Shown in pieces: positions 49,368 through 58,700 of a stretch of DNA of 64,000 bases (position 1 is its first letter; each line of letters opens with the position of its first letter). The DNA comes from a virus, in the IMG/VR virus record IMGVR_UViG_3300010397_000002, positions 13,301 to 77,300 of that record; one strand, written 5' to 3'. Under the pieces are notes generated by a model that saw only the letters and a program-made list of their open reading frames with translations, was not told the DNA's origin and searched no databases. The translations under genes were made by a program, and so were the position numbers.

Positions 49368-50222
49368 ATGATAGGTATTTATCACAACCGTGATCTTGAC
49401 GGATTCGCATCTGGGGCGATAATAAAGAAAAAATATCCTGATGCGAAAATGATTGGATATGATTATGGGCAACCACTTCAATTAGAAGCTAATGGTGATT
49501 CCGTTATTATGGCTGACGTATCATTGCCCATGAAGACAATGTTAAAAATAGCCCAAATGGCTAATTATAATTTTACTTGGATCGATCATCATATCTCTGC
49601 AATGAATGATTATGAATTATTTGTTGGTAATGGTGAGTCTTTCTGTACGGCCATTTTGGATTCTAAAATATCAGCATGCGAAGGCACTTGGAAACACCTT
49701 TTCCCTAATGAAGGTATCCCAAAAGGAATCCAATTACTCGGTGAATACGATACATGGAGAAATGGTGATATAGAAAAGTGGAACAATGAAATTCTTCCAT
49801 TCCAGTTCGGCATCCGAATGTACTGCAATTCACTTGATACTTTCCCAGATAATGTATTTTGGAATGAGGACTGGATTAGAAAAGTGATAGAAAAAGGCAA
49901 AACAATTCTTCAATACCAAGCACAAGTAAACGAATCAGCATGCAATAAGTCTGCTTTTGAGTTTAATTTTGAAGGACTCAAGGCAATTTGCTTAAACGGT
50001 GGTGGATTTAATTCCGATGTTTTTAAATCTGTCTATAATGAAGAGATACATGATATTATGATGCCATTTGTTTTTAATGGTAAGTTCTGGGTAATTAGTC
50101 TGTACACAACAAAGGATATTGATTGCTCAAATATTGCTAAAAAACATGGTGGAGGAGGTCATAAAAAAGCTGCCGGATTCCAAGTTTATGATATTAAGAC
50201 CATATTCACAAACATGAAATAA
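49368..50222 (+). CDS. DHH/DHHA1 phosphoesterase
   Basis: H..DLDG, WIDHH, GGGGHKKAAGF. Confidence 0.92.
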   Translation: MIGIYHNRDLDGFASGAIIKKKYPDAKMIGYDYGQPLQLEANGDSVIMADVSLPMKTMLKIAQMANYNFTWIDHHISAMNDYELFVGNGESFCTAILDSKISACEGTWKHLFPNEGIPKGIQLLGEYDTWRNGDIEKWNNEILPFQFGIRMYCNSLDTFPDNVFWNEDWIRKVIEKGKTILQYQAQVNESACNKSAFEFNFEGLKAICLNGGGFNSDVFKSVYNEEIHDIMMPFVFNGKFWVISLYTTKDIDCSNIAKKHGGGGHKKAAGFQVYDIKTIFTNMK

Positions 50223-50253
50223 AAAACCCCAGGAATAAATCCCTGGGGAAAAA
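50221..50253. terminator. Terminator between convergent operons
   Basis: AAAAAA-CCCCAGG-AATAAATC-CCTGGGG. Confidence 0.7.
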
Positions 50254-50302
50254 GGCTTCAATCTTCGGAGTGCAACGTCGGAAGACGGATTTGATTACAA
50301 AA

Positions 50303-50596
50303 CTAATCAGTTTTTTCAACTTTCTCCACTTTTGTCTTTTCAGTGGTAGTTGTCGATGAAGATACCTTACCAGCCCTGAAATCTATCACCTGTTGTAAGG
50401 TTATAATTCCCATGCATAATAATGCGAACAGCAGCCAAGCGATAATAACATCAACCAATATTTTTTCATCACAAAATCGGAACGTTGCAATCATCGCTAC
50501 CATTACGCCAGCGAAAGCACTGAGCTTCCTGGCAGAAAAACCTTCCGTCTTACTGTTGTTATTAAAACTATTGTAGATGTCATCAATAAGTTTCAT
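50303..50596 (-). CDS. Holin-like two-TM protein
   Basis: GFSARKL, two TM helices, charged tail. Confidence 0.6.
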   Translation of the reverse strand: MKLIDDIYNSFNNNSKTEGFSARKLSAFAGVMVAMIATFRFCDEKILVDVIIAWLLFALLCMGIITLQQVIDFRAGKVSSSTTTTEKTKVEKVEKTD

Positions 50597-50994
50597 TTCT
50601 TATGCAGTCTATATCCTTCCTCAAACGCTATAGGAACGGCAATAATAAAGATCCATTTTAATATTTTCTGCTTCCTTCGGTCTTTCTCACAATCGGCAGT
50701 TTCCTTTCCTTTAACCACTAATTCTTTGTCCTTAACTGATATTTTCCTAAGAAGTAACTTATTATCATGAGAGATTTTACTTATTACCGAGTCGGTATTT
50801 ACGTGGGCTTGCCGAAGGAATGACATTGTGATGCTGTCGGCCACGGCATTTTGCTTCAGCATCTTGTTCTCCGCGTTCTGGTCTAAAATCCTTTTAGAGA
50901 TAATTTCCCATTCTTTAGTAGAGAAAGATTGCGCGAATAACTGAGTCCCTGGCATGGACGCTAAGATGATGATAACGAGCAGTATCTTTTTCAT
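50593..50994 (-). CDS. Spanin-like protein (signal peptide, coiled coil, C-terminal TM)
   Basis: Overlaps the upstream ORF by 80 nt; in the lysis cassette. Confidence 0.5.
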   Translation of the reverse strand: MKKILLVIIILASMPGTQLFAQSFSTKEWEIISKRILDQNAENKMLKQNAVADSITMSFLRQAHVNTDSVISKISHDNKLLLRKISVKDKELVVKGKETADCEKDRRKQKILKWIFIIAVPIAFEEGYRLHKK

Positions 50995-51244
50995 ATTGTG
51001 CTTTATAAACGATCTTCACTTTTTGCTCCTTAATTGCCTTTTGATAAGCTGAGTCGGCTTTGTTTTTATAGAGAGTGATTGAGTCTTTATTCTGTTTTAA
51101 CTGCAAGTCAATGGCTTTGTATGCAAGATTAATACTGTCCAGTTCGGCTTTGTAATCTTTTTTTGGTTTCGGCGCTGTGAAGCGGCCAACGAAGAAGAGT
51201 GCGACAGCTATTGCAATAAGAACTAAAACCGTTTTGTAGTTCAT
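50915..51244 (-). CDS. i-spanin-like protein
   Basis: N-terminal TM plus coiled coil, directly after the endolysin. Confidence 0.55.
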   Translation of the reverse strand: MNYKTVLVLIAIAVALFFVGRFTAPKPKKDYKAELDSINLAYKAIDLQLKQNKDSITLYKNKADSAYQKAIKEQKVKIVYKAQYEKDTARYHHLSVHARDSVIRAIFLY

Positions 51245-51657
51245 TTTTTCTTTTTATAAGTCACTTCAAATTTAGCTGGCAATAATTCATATAATTTAGC
51301 AAGCGTAGCCCTTGAGTTGAGCACATCCAGAACATCGTCTTTATTCCGATCACCAAATCCATCGCCAACAATATAGCATCCAAGAGTATCGGAAAAGTAA
51401 TTGCCAGCATGCCAAAGTATTCCGGCCCTATGAGGTACTTTACCAACGCGAAAATGCGGGTATTCATGATGAGTAGAAGTTTCCTCCTTCTCTACTGGAT
51501 AAACTCCTTCTGGAATACAGGATATATTGTGCTGATTACCTTTATTTGGTGGTTCAAGGCCTTTACAAGCAAAAACTATTTTATCATCATCATCCAAAAC
51601 ATTTAGCGTACTCAATGTTTCTTCAGGGAGGTATACCCTTATAATCTCGGCTCTCAT
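51241..51657 (-). CDS. DUF5675-family putative endolysin
   Basis: LE.P...N...ISCIPEG.Y, R.GIL.HAGN...DT.GC..VG. Confidence 0.75.
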   Translation of the reverse strand: MRAEIIRVYLPEETLSTLNVLDDDDKIVFACKGLEPPNKGNQHNISCIPEGVYPVEKEETSTHHEYPHFRVGKVPHRAGILWHAGNYFSDTLGCYIVGDGFGDRNKDDVLDVLNSRATLAKLYELLPAKFEVTYKKKK

Positions 51658-52761
51658 TTATGATTTTAGTTTTAAGTACATAAAGATTAAAGATATTATA
51701 CTTACAATTAATGCTATGTAAGATTTGAAGTCAACTTTGCTTTCTTCTTTTGTATCTAGCTTACTTTCCTGTTTTAACTTCCAATCATTTAAAATGGTAA
51801 TCTTACGCTCGAATTTTTCATTCAAAGAGTCAATCATTCTGTCAAAAACCTCACGTGGTATAGACTCCTTTTGAACATCTTTTATCCTTCCTGCCTCTCC
51901 ATTCAAATCCTCCAGTCTGCGTTCATACTCTTTTGCCTGTAGCTTAAGAGCCTTTTCCATGCTTCTGAATTTCTCACGGATGTGCTTTTTCAAAGTTTTT
52001 TGATAAACCTCATTTATGGTTTGGCTTAGTATTATTGGCAATCTCCTTTAATGTGTCAATCTCTGACTTAAGAAATAGATCTATCCTATTACTTAATTTT
52101 AGAGTAGAATCCTCAACTTTTTTACTCAAATTATCAACTGCAATACTTAAAGTTTTAATACTATCACTGAATCCAGTAGTCATAGTCTGTATTGTGGCTA
52201 TTTTTTTACCCTGTTGAATGTGGGATAAACTCAACCATGTAAGAATTCCACTTATTATAGTGATTACAATTTTTTCAAAGTCCATAGAATAAAGAAATAA
52301 AGGTAGAGAAAAATCTTGAAGTCTGTAAACTGCACACCGTAAGTGCCAATATGGAACCAATCGTGCTCATAAATAAGACCAAAATCGAGCAATGAAGCGA
52401 TTTCTATTGCTATGAACTTATAAAATAATTGTGCCTTGTCGTGAAGTTTTATCCGGCAGTAATACCAGAAGGAGAGAGTTAAAAGATGTTGAGAGATGAA
52501 TCCGGCATAGGATTGAAGTGTTAATCCTATTGCTTTACCATTCTCATCGACAATCTCATAAAGCGGGAATGGATGGATATAGTAATACTTCGGAAGCCAG
52601 CCAATGGCCCTATTTGATACAAATGCTCCGAAGATTGCAAATATTGCGTCCTGCTTTAATATCCAGGCCCAAAATGCACTAACCCATTTTTTTAAGAGCA
52701 ACCACTTATTAATTAAACTTTTAATAAGTGATAACAAAAATGTACTAATCCACCTTTTCAA
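51658..52761 (-). CDS. Three membrane/coiled-coil proteins (51658-52041, about 52010-52285, 52264-52761)
   Basis: TM segments and coiled coils; holin-like context. Confidence 0.55.
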
Positions 52762-53079
52762 GGGTGAGGATTAGTTGGTGGTGGATTTTCAGGGGTTGTG
52801 TCGGCGCTTTCAGCATGGCCATGATGCTCCAATTCAGCGATAGCCTTTTTAACATCTTCAACCACTAATTCAGCATGAAGAAGAATTAATTTAAGTCGTC
52901 TTAGTTCGTTACTCATATTTTTCGATCAGTTTAATAACTTTCATCTTCAGACCATAAATCTCTCTTTTACTCATTTTCAGTTGAGTATGTAGAGATTTAA
53001 TCTGTTTTTTTTTGTAGCGATCTGAAGTGAATAAGATTGCCACACAAAGTAGGAGTAAAGCCAGTACACCGTTCATCAT
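52758..53079 (-). CDS. Two small unlisted ORFs (52909-53079 TM protein; 52758-52916 Pro-rich tail)
   Basis: MMNGVLALLLLCVAILF...KYE* overlaps MSNELRRLKL...PENPPPTNPHP*. Confidence 0.5.
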
Positions 53080-53147
53080 CTTCACGTAAGTGTTTCATAA
53101 AGTTAGCGATGGTTTTACTCTGGTTCAACATTACCTTATATTTTGGC

Positions 53148-53654
53148 TTACTGATGCACCTCAAATGATATTTCCCCGGCAGAGGAAGCATCATAGCTAT
53201 ATGGCGCTCCACCGTCTACAACACGGTCATTTGGCCTAAATGGGGCCTCTTGAAGGATTGCCGACTGCGTAGCATGCGTACTCATCGCTATAATCATTTT
53301 GTAAAATTGACGCTCACAAATTTTTACCGTAGTATCCACGGACACATCAGTTGGGAATCCCTGCTTTAACACAAGGAACGTATCGCTCACCACATAATCG
53401 ATCTGGCGAAGAACATTTCCATCATATAAAAAGCTATTGAGAATAAATCTGGTAAACTGAGTATTTGTTCCCCTGACATTTTTCCCAGTAGATTTAAAAG
53501 TACCTGGATAAGCGAGGGATACCGGTATTGTTCCTTTTAGAGGAAAAGAACTTCCGCTCACGATGTCACCGTATGAGTTCGGAATGTTATATGCTGATCC
53601 GGTTACCGCTCTAAAGACGGCTGATTCGGAATGGGATATGGTTTCGTTAATCAT
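53148..53654 (-). CDS. Putative structural protein
   Basis: Beta-rich, V.GTNTQFT tail-fibre-like motif; TAAATTTG -7 box at 53674-53681. Confidence 0.55.
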   Translation of the reverse strand: MINETISHSESAVFRAVTGSAYNIPNSYGDIVSGSSFPLKGTIPVSLAYPGTFKSTGKNVRGTNTQFTRFILNSFLYDGNVLRQIDYVVSDTFLVLKQGFPTDVSVDTTVKICERQFYKMIIAMSTHATQSAILQEAPFRPNDRVVDGGAPYSYDASSAGEISFEVHQ

Positions 53655-53690
53655 AGCGGTGTTATTTTTAAATCAAATTTAATGAATATT

Positions 53691-56600
53691 TTAGTAAGTA
53701 AAGCCAAGGCTATCCTCACGTTGTTTTTTCTTCTTTTTCTTTGCCTCATAATTCTGAACTCCGATACCAAAGAATGCAGGAACCATAGATGTTAAGAGTC
53801 CTGTCGGTCCTTCTGTTTTATAGATTGCAGAAATATCTTGTAGATACAACGGGATTACATTTTTCACAGCTTCTCCTTCAATTGTGACTTCATTCCCAAT
53901 AAGATCCTTTCCGGTCATTAAATTAACAATTGTGCCGGCTGTAGGTGAAAGTTTTGTCCTGGCAAATCGTGCGGCTACATCTCCTCTATTTTCGAATGGA
54001 AATTCTTTCCCATCAATTTTAATAATCTTTCCAGTACTTGTGCTCTTCCTTTCTGCTGTTGTAAGCTGTGTAATAAATCTCATCACTTGCGCGAATCCAG
54101 CCCAAATATCATATCGAGTGTTCCCAATCTTTATCTTTCCAAAGTCAGAGCTTCTTGGATCATGCTCAACATCTGCGCCGGCGGCACCGGCCAATGCCAC
54201 GATCAATACTCCAAGGCCAGCGTAAGTAATAACATTTTTTAATGCCATTATACTTACCTCTTTGGGCATTTTAGCGTAAGTAACAGGATTCAATAAATTT
54301 ACACGAGAAGCCAAATATCGTGGAGAGAAGAAAAAGCCATTCAATACAGTAGCCGCATTCTCAAGTGCTCCAAGATTCCCTCGGCCTGTGGCATTATTAA
54401 TGAATGATGCCCATGCTTTATAAGCTTCAGGATTAGATGTTGGCGTGATTCCCTGCTCCATTAGACGATCTGCTCCGTTAGCAAAAACATCTACTCGTAA
54501 TTTATTCAGGTATCCAGTATATGCACGTTCACTCCCCTTCACTAACCGGCCGATAACTGGAATTTTACTGGCAAAATTTGATATGAAATTCTCTTCTTTG
54601 GCCGTCAATTTTGTATTTGGTTCAGCCAAATACAATTTGCTTTGTTTCATTAAATCATATTCTGGAGTATCCCTTAACTTCAACAACCATTCATTAGCCT
54701 TCTTTTCAGAGAAAGCCTGTCTGAACATTTCTACAAAAGATTTTGCTCCGGCTTTTGGATGTGATGCTGATAGAAGAGCTCCTTGACGGAATGGTGCCGA
54801 CATGTCTATCGATGCTAAAAGTGATTTCGGGATGTTCCACACATCAACTGCAGTATCCCATACCTTCTCACTCATTGGTCGATTAATACGACGAACCTTC
54901 TCTTGCTCTATATCAAATTGAGCTTTTATTTTATCTCGCTCAAGTCTTAATGCTATAGCCTCTTTATCCAGATCAATTGGCTTCTTTTTTACCGGAGGAG
55001 CAAAGTCTTTATTCTTTATCCGCTCTTCGTATTTACCAATGCTCTTCTGAATGGATTTTTTATAGTTGGCCAGCTTCTTCTTATCAGCTACACCGAGATC
55101 TTGCTCAAGCTGTTTGTAAGTAGCCTTTAGTTTATCGCGAGTCTCACGCAATGATTTTAATTCAGCGGTTTCAGTAGTCTTTGACTTTTCTTTTGGCTCA
55201 AAGTCTTTCTCTTTAATCCTTCGATCATATTCATCAATCGTTCTTTGAACTGCACTGATGGCATTGCGTGTTTTTTGTTCATCAGATATAGATTGCTTGC
55301 CTTCAGTTTCAGCTAATATTTTTTTCAATTCATCTCTACGTTCTTTCAGCGCATTAGCCTCAGCATCATATTCAATACCCTTCTTTTTAGGAGTTTTAGC
55401 GCCTGTTTCGATCTGATTTTGTAGATCGCTTATTTGGTTGGTTAGGCGAGATTTAACGCTATCTAACGAGTTTTTCCACGCTTTATCGATTTCTTCCTGA
55501 TCTACAGGCAGGTCTTTCATGGCCTCCTTTATCTCACGCTGCATTCTGCGCTCTTGATCGGTAAGTTTGTCGCGTTGAAGCCCGCTGCGCAGTGGGCGTA
55601 ATTTATTTTGGACATCCTCAAGTGCTGAAATTAATTTGCCAACACGTTTTATCTCACGAATTTTTACATTAATATCCTCTTGAGATAGAGTTCTGGTCTC
55701 TCCATATTTTGTGACCGCATCACGCACTTCTCGAAGCGTAACTTCTGGCAGTGTTTCTTTAATAATGGAATGTAAATTCTCCGTCAGTTCATTAATGTTA
55801 TCAACTCCAGACTCTACAATTTGTCTGATGAGTGAATTAGGAATAATTAATTTTCCGTTTCTTATGGATGCAGATTTTATTTTACCTCCTTCTTCACTTG
55901 GTACCAATTTCTCAATACCAGGCTGAACCATATTCCTGAACTCATCCTCATTAAAATCATCGCCACGGTAATGCTCATTGATATAATCAATACCGGCCTG
56001 AATTGCAGTAGCTACATCAGCACCGGCCAGCACTGCTTTACGCATCACCTCAACTGATCCATTCCATACAGCCTCGCCAATTACTTGAGTGATGGAATTT
56101 AATTTGTTAGGATCATTCTTAACTTTTAAAGAATCGAAGAAACTATCAATCTTTTCTTTCTTCGCTTTAGCGGACTGAATTCTTTTTTCTTTTTGTGCTT
56201 GTAGGTCTTGGCGAATGTTTTGGAGATGTTCTTTAGATGATGACTTACTTGATGTTTCTTCTAACGCCTTAATCTTATCATTAGCTTCTTTTAATTGTTT
56301 ACCAAGTTCAGTGAATTTAGTCTCAACTTCTGGAGATATTTTACCATTGTTTACCTCCTTATATTTTTTGATTTGATAATCTGCCTTGTATCCAAAATCA
56401 GATGAACGATAAACTTCTTGTAATGCAGAAATGAATCGGCCACCGGACCTAGCTTTCTTGTCAAACTCATCAACCAATTCTGTTTGAAGATCAGTAAGTT
56501 CTTTTACTTGTTCTGGAGTTTTAGCTTGAGATAATTTTTCTCCGATATTATCAATAGCTTTTGCCCATACAAAAGCAGCGGCACCATCATCCACTTCACT

Positions 56601-58700
56601 CTTACGAACTGCTTCAACAGCATTTTCTACTCCGACATCTTTAATGAAATTGGATGCTGCTTTTTCAGCGGAAGCATGAGACTCTACTTCGTAGTTCAGT
56701 CCATGTTTCTCGATGGATGATTTTACTTGCTCATCAGTTGTTCCTTCGTAAGCACGATTGAGTAATGATTTTTTATTTACTTCTTTCCCTTGTGGGCCAT
56801 TGCCTCCATCTTCTCCTTTCCGTACTTTTTCATTCCTATTGAGGCCGCTACCGCGCCCGGATTCTTTACTCCCTTCTCTTTGCTGAGTTTGTCCTTCAGT
56901 TCCTTGAACCGTGTCCCCGATCCCAGCTTCGCTTTGTTGCTGTGTACTTTCATTTTGATTTAAATTACTTTGTTGCTTCTCACCTTCATTTTGGACTTCT
57001 CCTTCTTGGGTTTGTCCTTGATCATTCGTTGGTACAAACTCTTCTTGTCCGACACTTTCTCCGGAAGAACCTTGCCCTTGCTGGCTTGGTTCCACTCCTC
57101 CACGTTCACTCCTTTGGCCTCCAGTTCCTTCCTGTGGAGGTTGAAGTAGGCTCGTTGCTTGGCGCTCTTGTACGGCATTTTCCTCTAAATTAGATGTTGT
57201 TGGTAATTGATCAGTAATAGTATTTGAACCCTTTGGAGTTTCTTCAATAGATTTCTCCGTGGCAACCGTAGCCTCATCGGCTTGCTGAACTCTTGTATCG
57301 ATTATATCTGCTGCATGCTCAATGGATGGAGTGTCAGTAGATGTTATATTATCTGTTTGTTCTTTTACTAAATCAGGAGTTCGCTGCGCATTTTGTTCTG
57401 GTGATAAATTAATTTTAGAGGTAGCGCCTATTACACCACCTCCAATAATACCACCAACGGCACTTGTTGCTATCCTCCAAGCATCAGGGTGATATTCTGT
57501 GTCGGCACCTTTTGCAGCACCTACTTCTTCAAGTTCACCCTGAGCAACCTCAGTAATAGCTTCTGGCGCTGCACCGCGAACAAATCCTTTCGCAAAATTC
57601 TTTACTACACTTTCTGTAAGTTGTTTGCCAGCGGCCTTCTTAAACATACCAACCAAATTAATCTCACTGGCGGCATCTAATGTTCCGGCTAATACTGCAA
57701 GAGCCTGACCTTCGGCTGGTTTATCAAGACCTTGTTTAATAACCTCTTCACGGCTGATGCCTTTATCTTCAGCAATCAAATCAAGTTGGCGATCGTAAAC
57801 CGCAGATGACTCCGATATGATAGATCCAATCGGACCACCAACAATTGTGGTTGGGGCACGATATAAAGCTTGCCCAATCATATTTCCGGCAAAGTTTAAG
57901 AAGTCAGTAGCTCCATGCACATCTTGAAGGCCCTGAATTGTGCCATCTAATTTTTGATTGGCCTCAATATTTTGTTCTTGGATATTTTTTTCGAAACCAA
58001 TTCTTTGCTCTATATTTTTGACTTTGAATTTATCTTGCAATTGAGCGAATCCTTTTGCTCCAAGTTTCTCAGTTAAGAATATTTTAGCCCGTTCATTAAT
58101 TGATTTGCTGGATACATCACTTCCTTGTTTAAGATTCCATTCTGTGAAATCATCAATTGAAGTTCCTTTGGGAAGATTTTTTGCAAATTCATCACCACCA
58201 AAAGCATTCAGATCACTCCGCTTATCATATAAGTCTCCGAATTCTCCTTTGCTCATACGAAGACGTTGAGCATAATATTCTTTAGGTAGTTGGTCGGCCA
58301 GTCCACTATGAATTGTTTTAACTAAATCCTCGACAATTGGGATCTTAAATAATTCAGGATTCTCTTTAGTAACAAATTGCTTTGTCGCTCTGCGCTGGCT
58401 TTCTTCGAATTGTTCTTGTTGAGGAGTTTTAGGAACGACAGCTTTGGCTAAAATTTGTTTTTGCTCATCGCTTAACTGAATATTTGGCGTATTCTTTCCA
58501 GAAGGCTCTCCAAGACCTTCTGAGCCGCTCGAAGAAACTGATAGGTCTTCTTGATCTTTTTTTTTTACAGGCTTAGATGGAATACCATCTGTTGGAGGAG
58601 TCCATCCTTGACTTTGCTCAACATGATTATCTTCTGCCGGTATTGTGCTGGCATTAATACCATCTACTGGAGGAGTCCATCCTTTTACCTGCTTTCCCAT
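53691..58700 (-). CDS. Giant internal virion/DNA-ejection protein
   Basis: 1669 aa with Gly/Ala-rich hydrophobic helices, long coiled coils, and an LPD38-like C-terminus (SP....NL.TGKD..G; FGIGVQ.Y). Confidence 0.75.
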   Translation of the reverse strand: MGKQVKGWTPPVDGINASTIPAEDNHVEQSQGWTPPTDGIPSKPVKKKDQEDLSVSSSGSEGLGEPSGKNTPNIQLSDEQKQILAKAVVPKTPQQEQFEESQRRATKQFVTKENPELFKIPIVEDLVKTIHSGLADQLPKEYYAQRLRMSKGEFGDLYDKRSDLNAFGGDEFAKNLPKGTSIDDFTEWNLKQGSDVSSKSINERAKIFLTEKLGAKGFAQLQDKFKVKNIEQRIGFEKNIQEQNIEANQKLDGTIQGLQDVHGATDFLNFAGNMIGQALYRAPTTIVGGPIGSIISESSAVYDRQLDLIAEDKGISREEVIKQGLDKPAEGQALAVLAGTLDAASEINLVGMFKKAAGKQLTESVVKNFAKGFVRGAAPEAITEVAQGELEEVGAAKGADTEYHPDAWRIATSAVGGIIGGGVIGATSKINLSPEQNAQRTPDLVKEQTDNITSTDTPSIEHAADIIDTRVQQADEATVATEKSIEETPKGSNTITDQLPTTSNLEENAVQERQATSLLQPPQEGTGGQRSERGGVEPSQQGQGSSGESVGQEEFVPTNDQGQTQEGEVQNEGEKQQSNLNQNESTQQQSEAGIGDTVQGTEGQTQQREGSKESGRGSGLNRNEKVRKGEDGGNGPQGKEVNKKSLLNRAYEGTTDEQVKSSIEKHGLNYEVESHASAEKAASNFIKDVGVENAVEAVRKSEVDDGAAAFVWAKAIDNIGEKLSQAKTPEQVKELTDLQTELVDEFDKKARSGGRFISALQEVYRSSDFGYKADYQIKKYKEVNNGKISPEVETKFTELGKQLKEANDKIKALEETSSKSSSKEHLQNIRQDLQAQKEKRIQSAKAKKEKIDSFFDSLKVKNDPNKLNSITQVIGEAVWNGSVEVMRKAVLAGADVATAIQAGIDYINEHYRGDDFNEDEFRNMVQPGIEKLVPSEEGGKIKSASIRNGKLIIPNSLIRQIVESGVDNINELTENLHSIIKETLPEVTLREVRDAVTKYGETRTLSQEDINVKIREIKRVGKLISALEDVQNKLRPLRSGLQRDKLTDQERRMQREIKEAMKDLPVDQEEIDKAWKNSLDSVKSRLTNQISDLQNQIETGAKTPKKKGIEYDAEANALKERRDELKKILAETEGKQSISDEQKTRNAISAVQRTIDEYDRRIKEKDFEPKEKSKTTETAELKSLRETRDKLKATYKQLEQDLGVADKKKLANYKKSIQKSIGKYEERIKNKDFAPPVKKKPIDLDKEAIALRLERDKIKAQFDIEQEKVRRINRPMSEKVWDTAVDVWNIPKSLLASIDMSAPFRQGALLSASHPKAGAKSFVEMFRQAFSEKKANEWLLKLRDTPEYDLMKQSKLYLAEPNTKLTAKEENFISNFASKIPVIGRLVKGSERAYTGYLNKLRVDVFANGADRLMEQGITPTSNPEAYKAWASFINNATGRGNLGALENAATVLNGFFFSPRYLASRVNLLNPVTYAKMPKEVSIMALKNVITYAGLGVLIVALAGAAGADVEHDPRSSDFGKIKIGNTRYDIWAGFAQVMRFITQLTTAERKSTSTGKIIKIDGKEFPFENRGDVAARFARTKLSPTAGTIVNLMTGKDLIGNEVTIEGEAVKNVIPLYLQDISAIYKTEGPTGLLTSMVPAFFGIGVQNYEAKKKKKKQREDSLGFTY
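56777..56953 (-). CDS. Nested small basic protein 2 (alternative frame)
   Basis: MKVHSNKAKLGSGTRFKELKDKLSKEKGVKNPGAVAASIGMKKYGKEKMEAMAHKGKK*, 58 aa, preceded by TAAATCAAA. Confidence 0.7.
   Translation of the reverse strand: MKVHSNKAKLGSGTRFKELKDKLSKEKGVKNPGAVAASIGMKKYGKEKMEAMAHKGKK
56960..57178 (-). CDS. Nested small basic protein 1 (alternative frame)
   Basis: MPYKSAKQRAYF...EEWNQASKGKVLPEKV, preceded by AGAGGAAA. Confidence 0.7.
   Translation of the reverse strand: MPYKSAKQRAYFNLHRKELEAKGVNVEEWNQASKGKVLPEKVSDKKSLYQRMIKDKPKKEKSKMKVRSNKVI

Noticed and set aside
25257-50276. GAGTGCAAC recurring at about 25258, 30538 and 50268
   Set aside because: Three intergenic copies with no shared flanking structure; cannot be distinguished from chance by eye.
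53691-58700. Virion RNA polymerase
   Set aside because: No catalytic DxDxD motif in a recognisable context; host-type promoters precede late genes.
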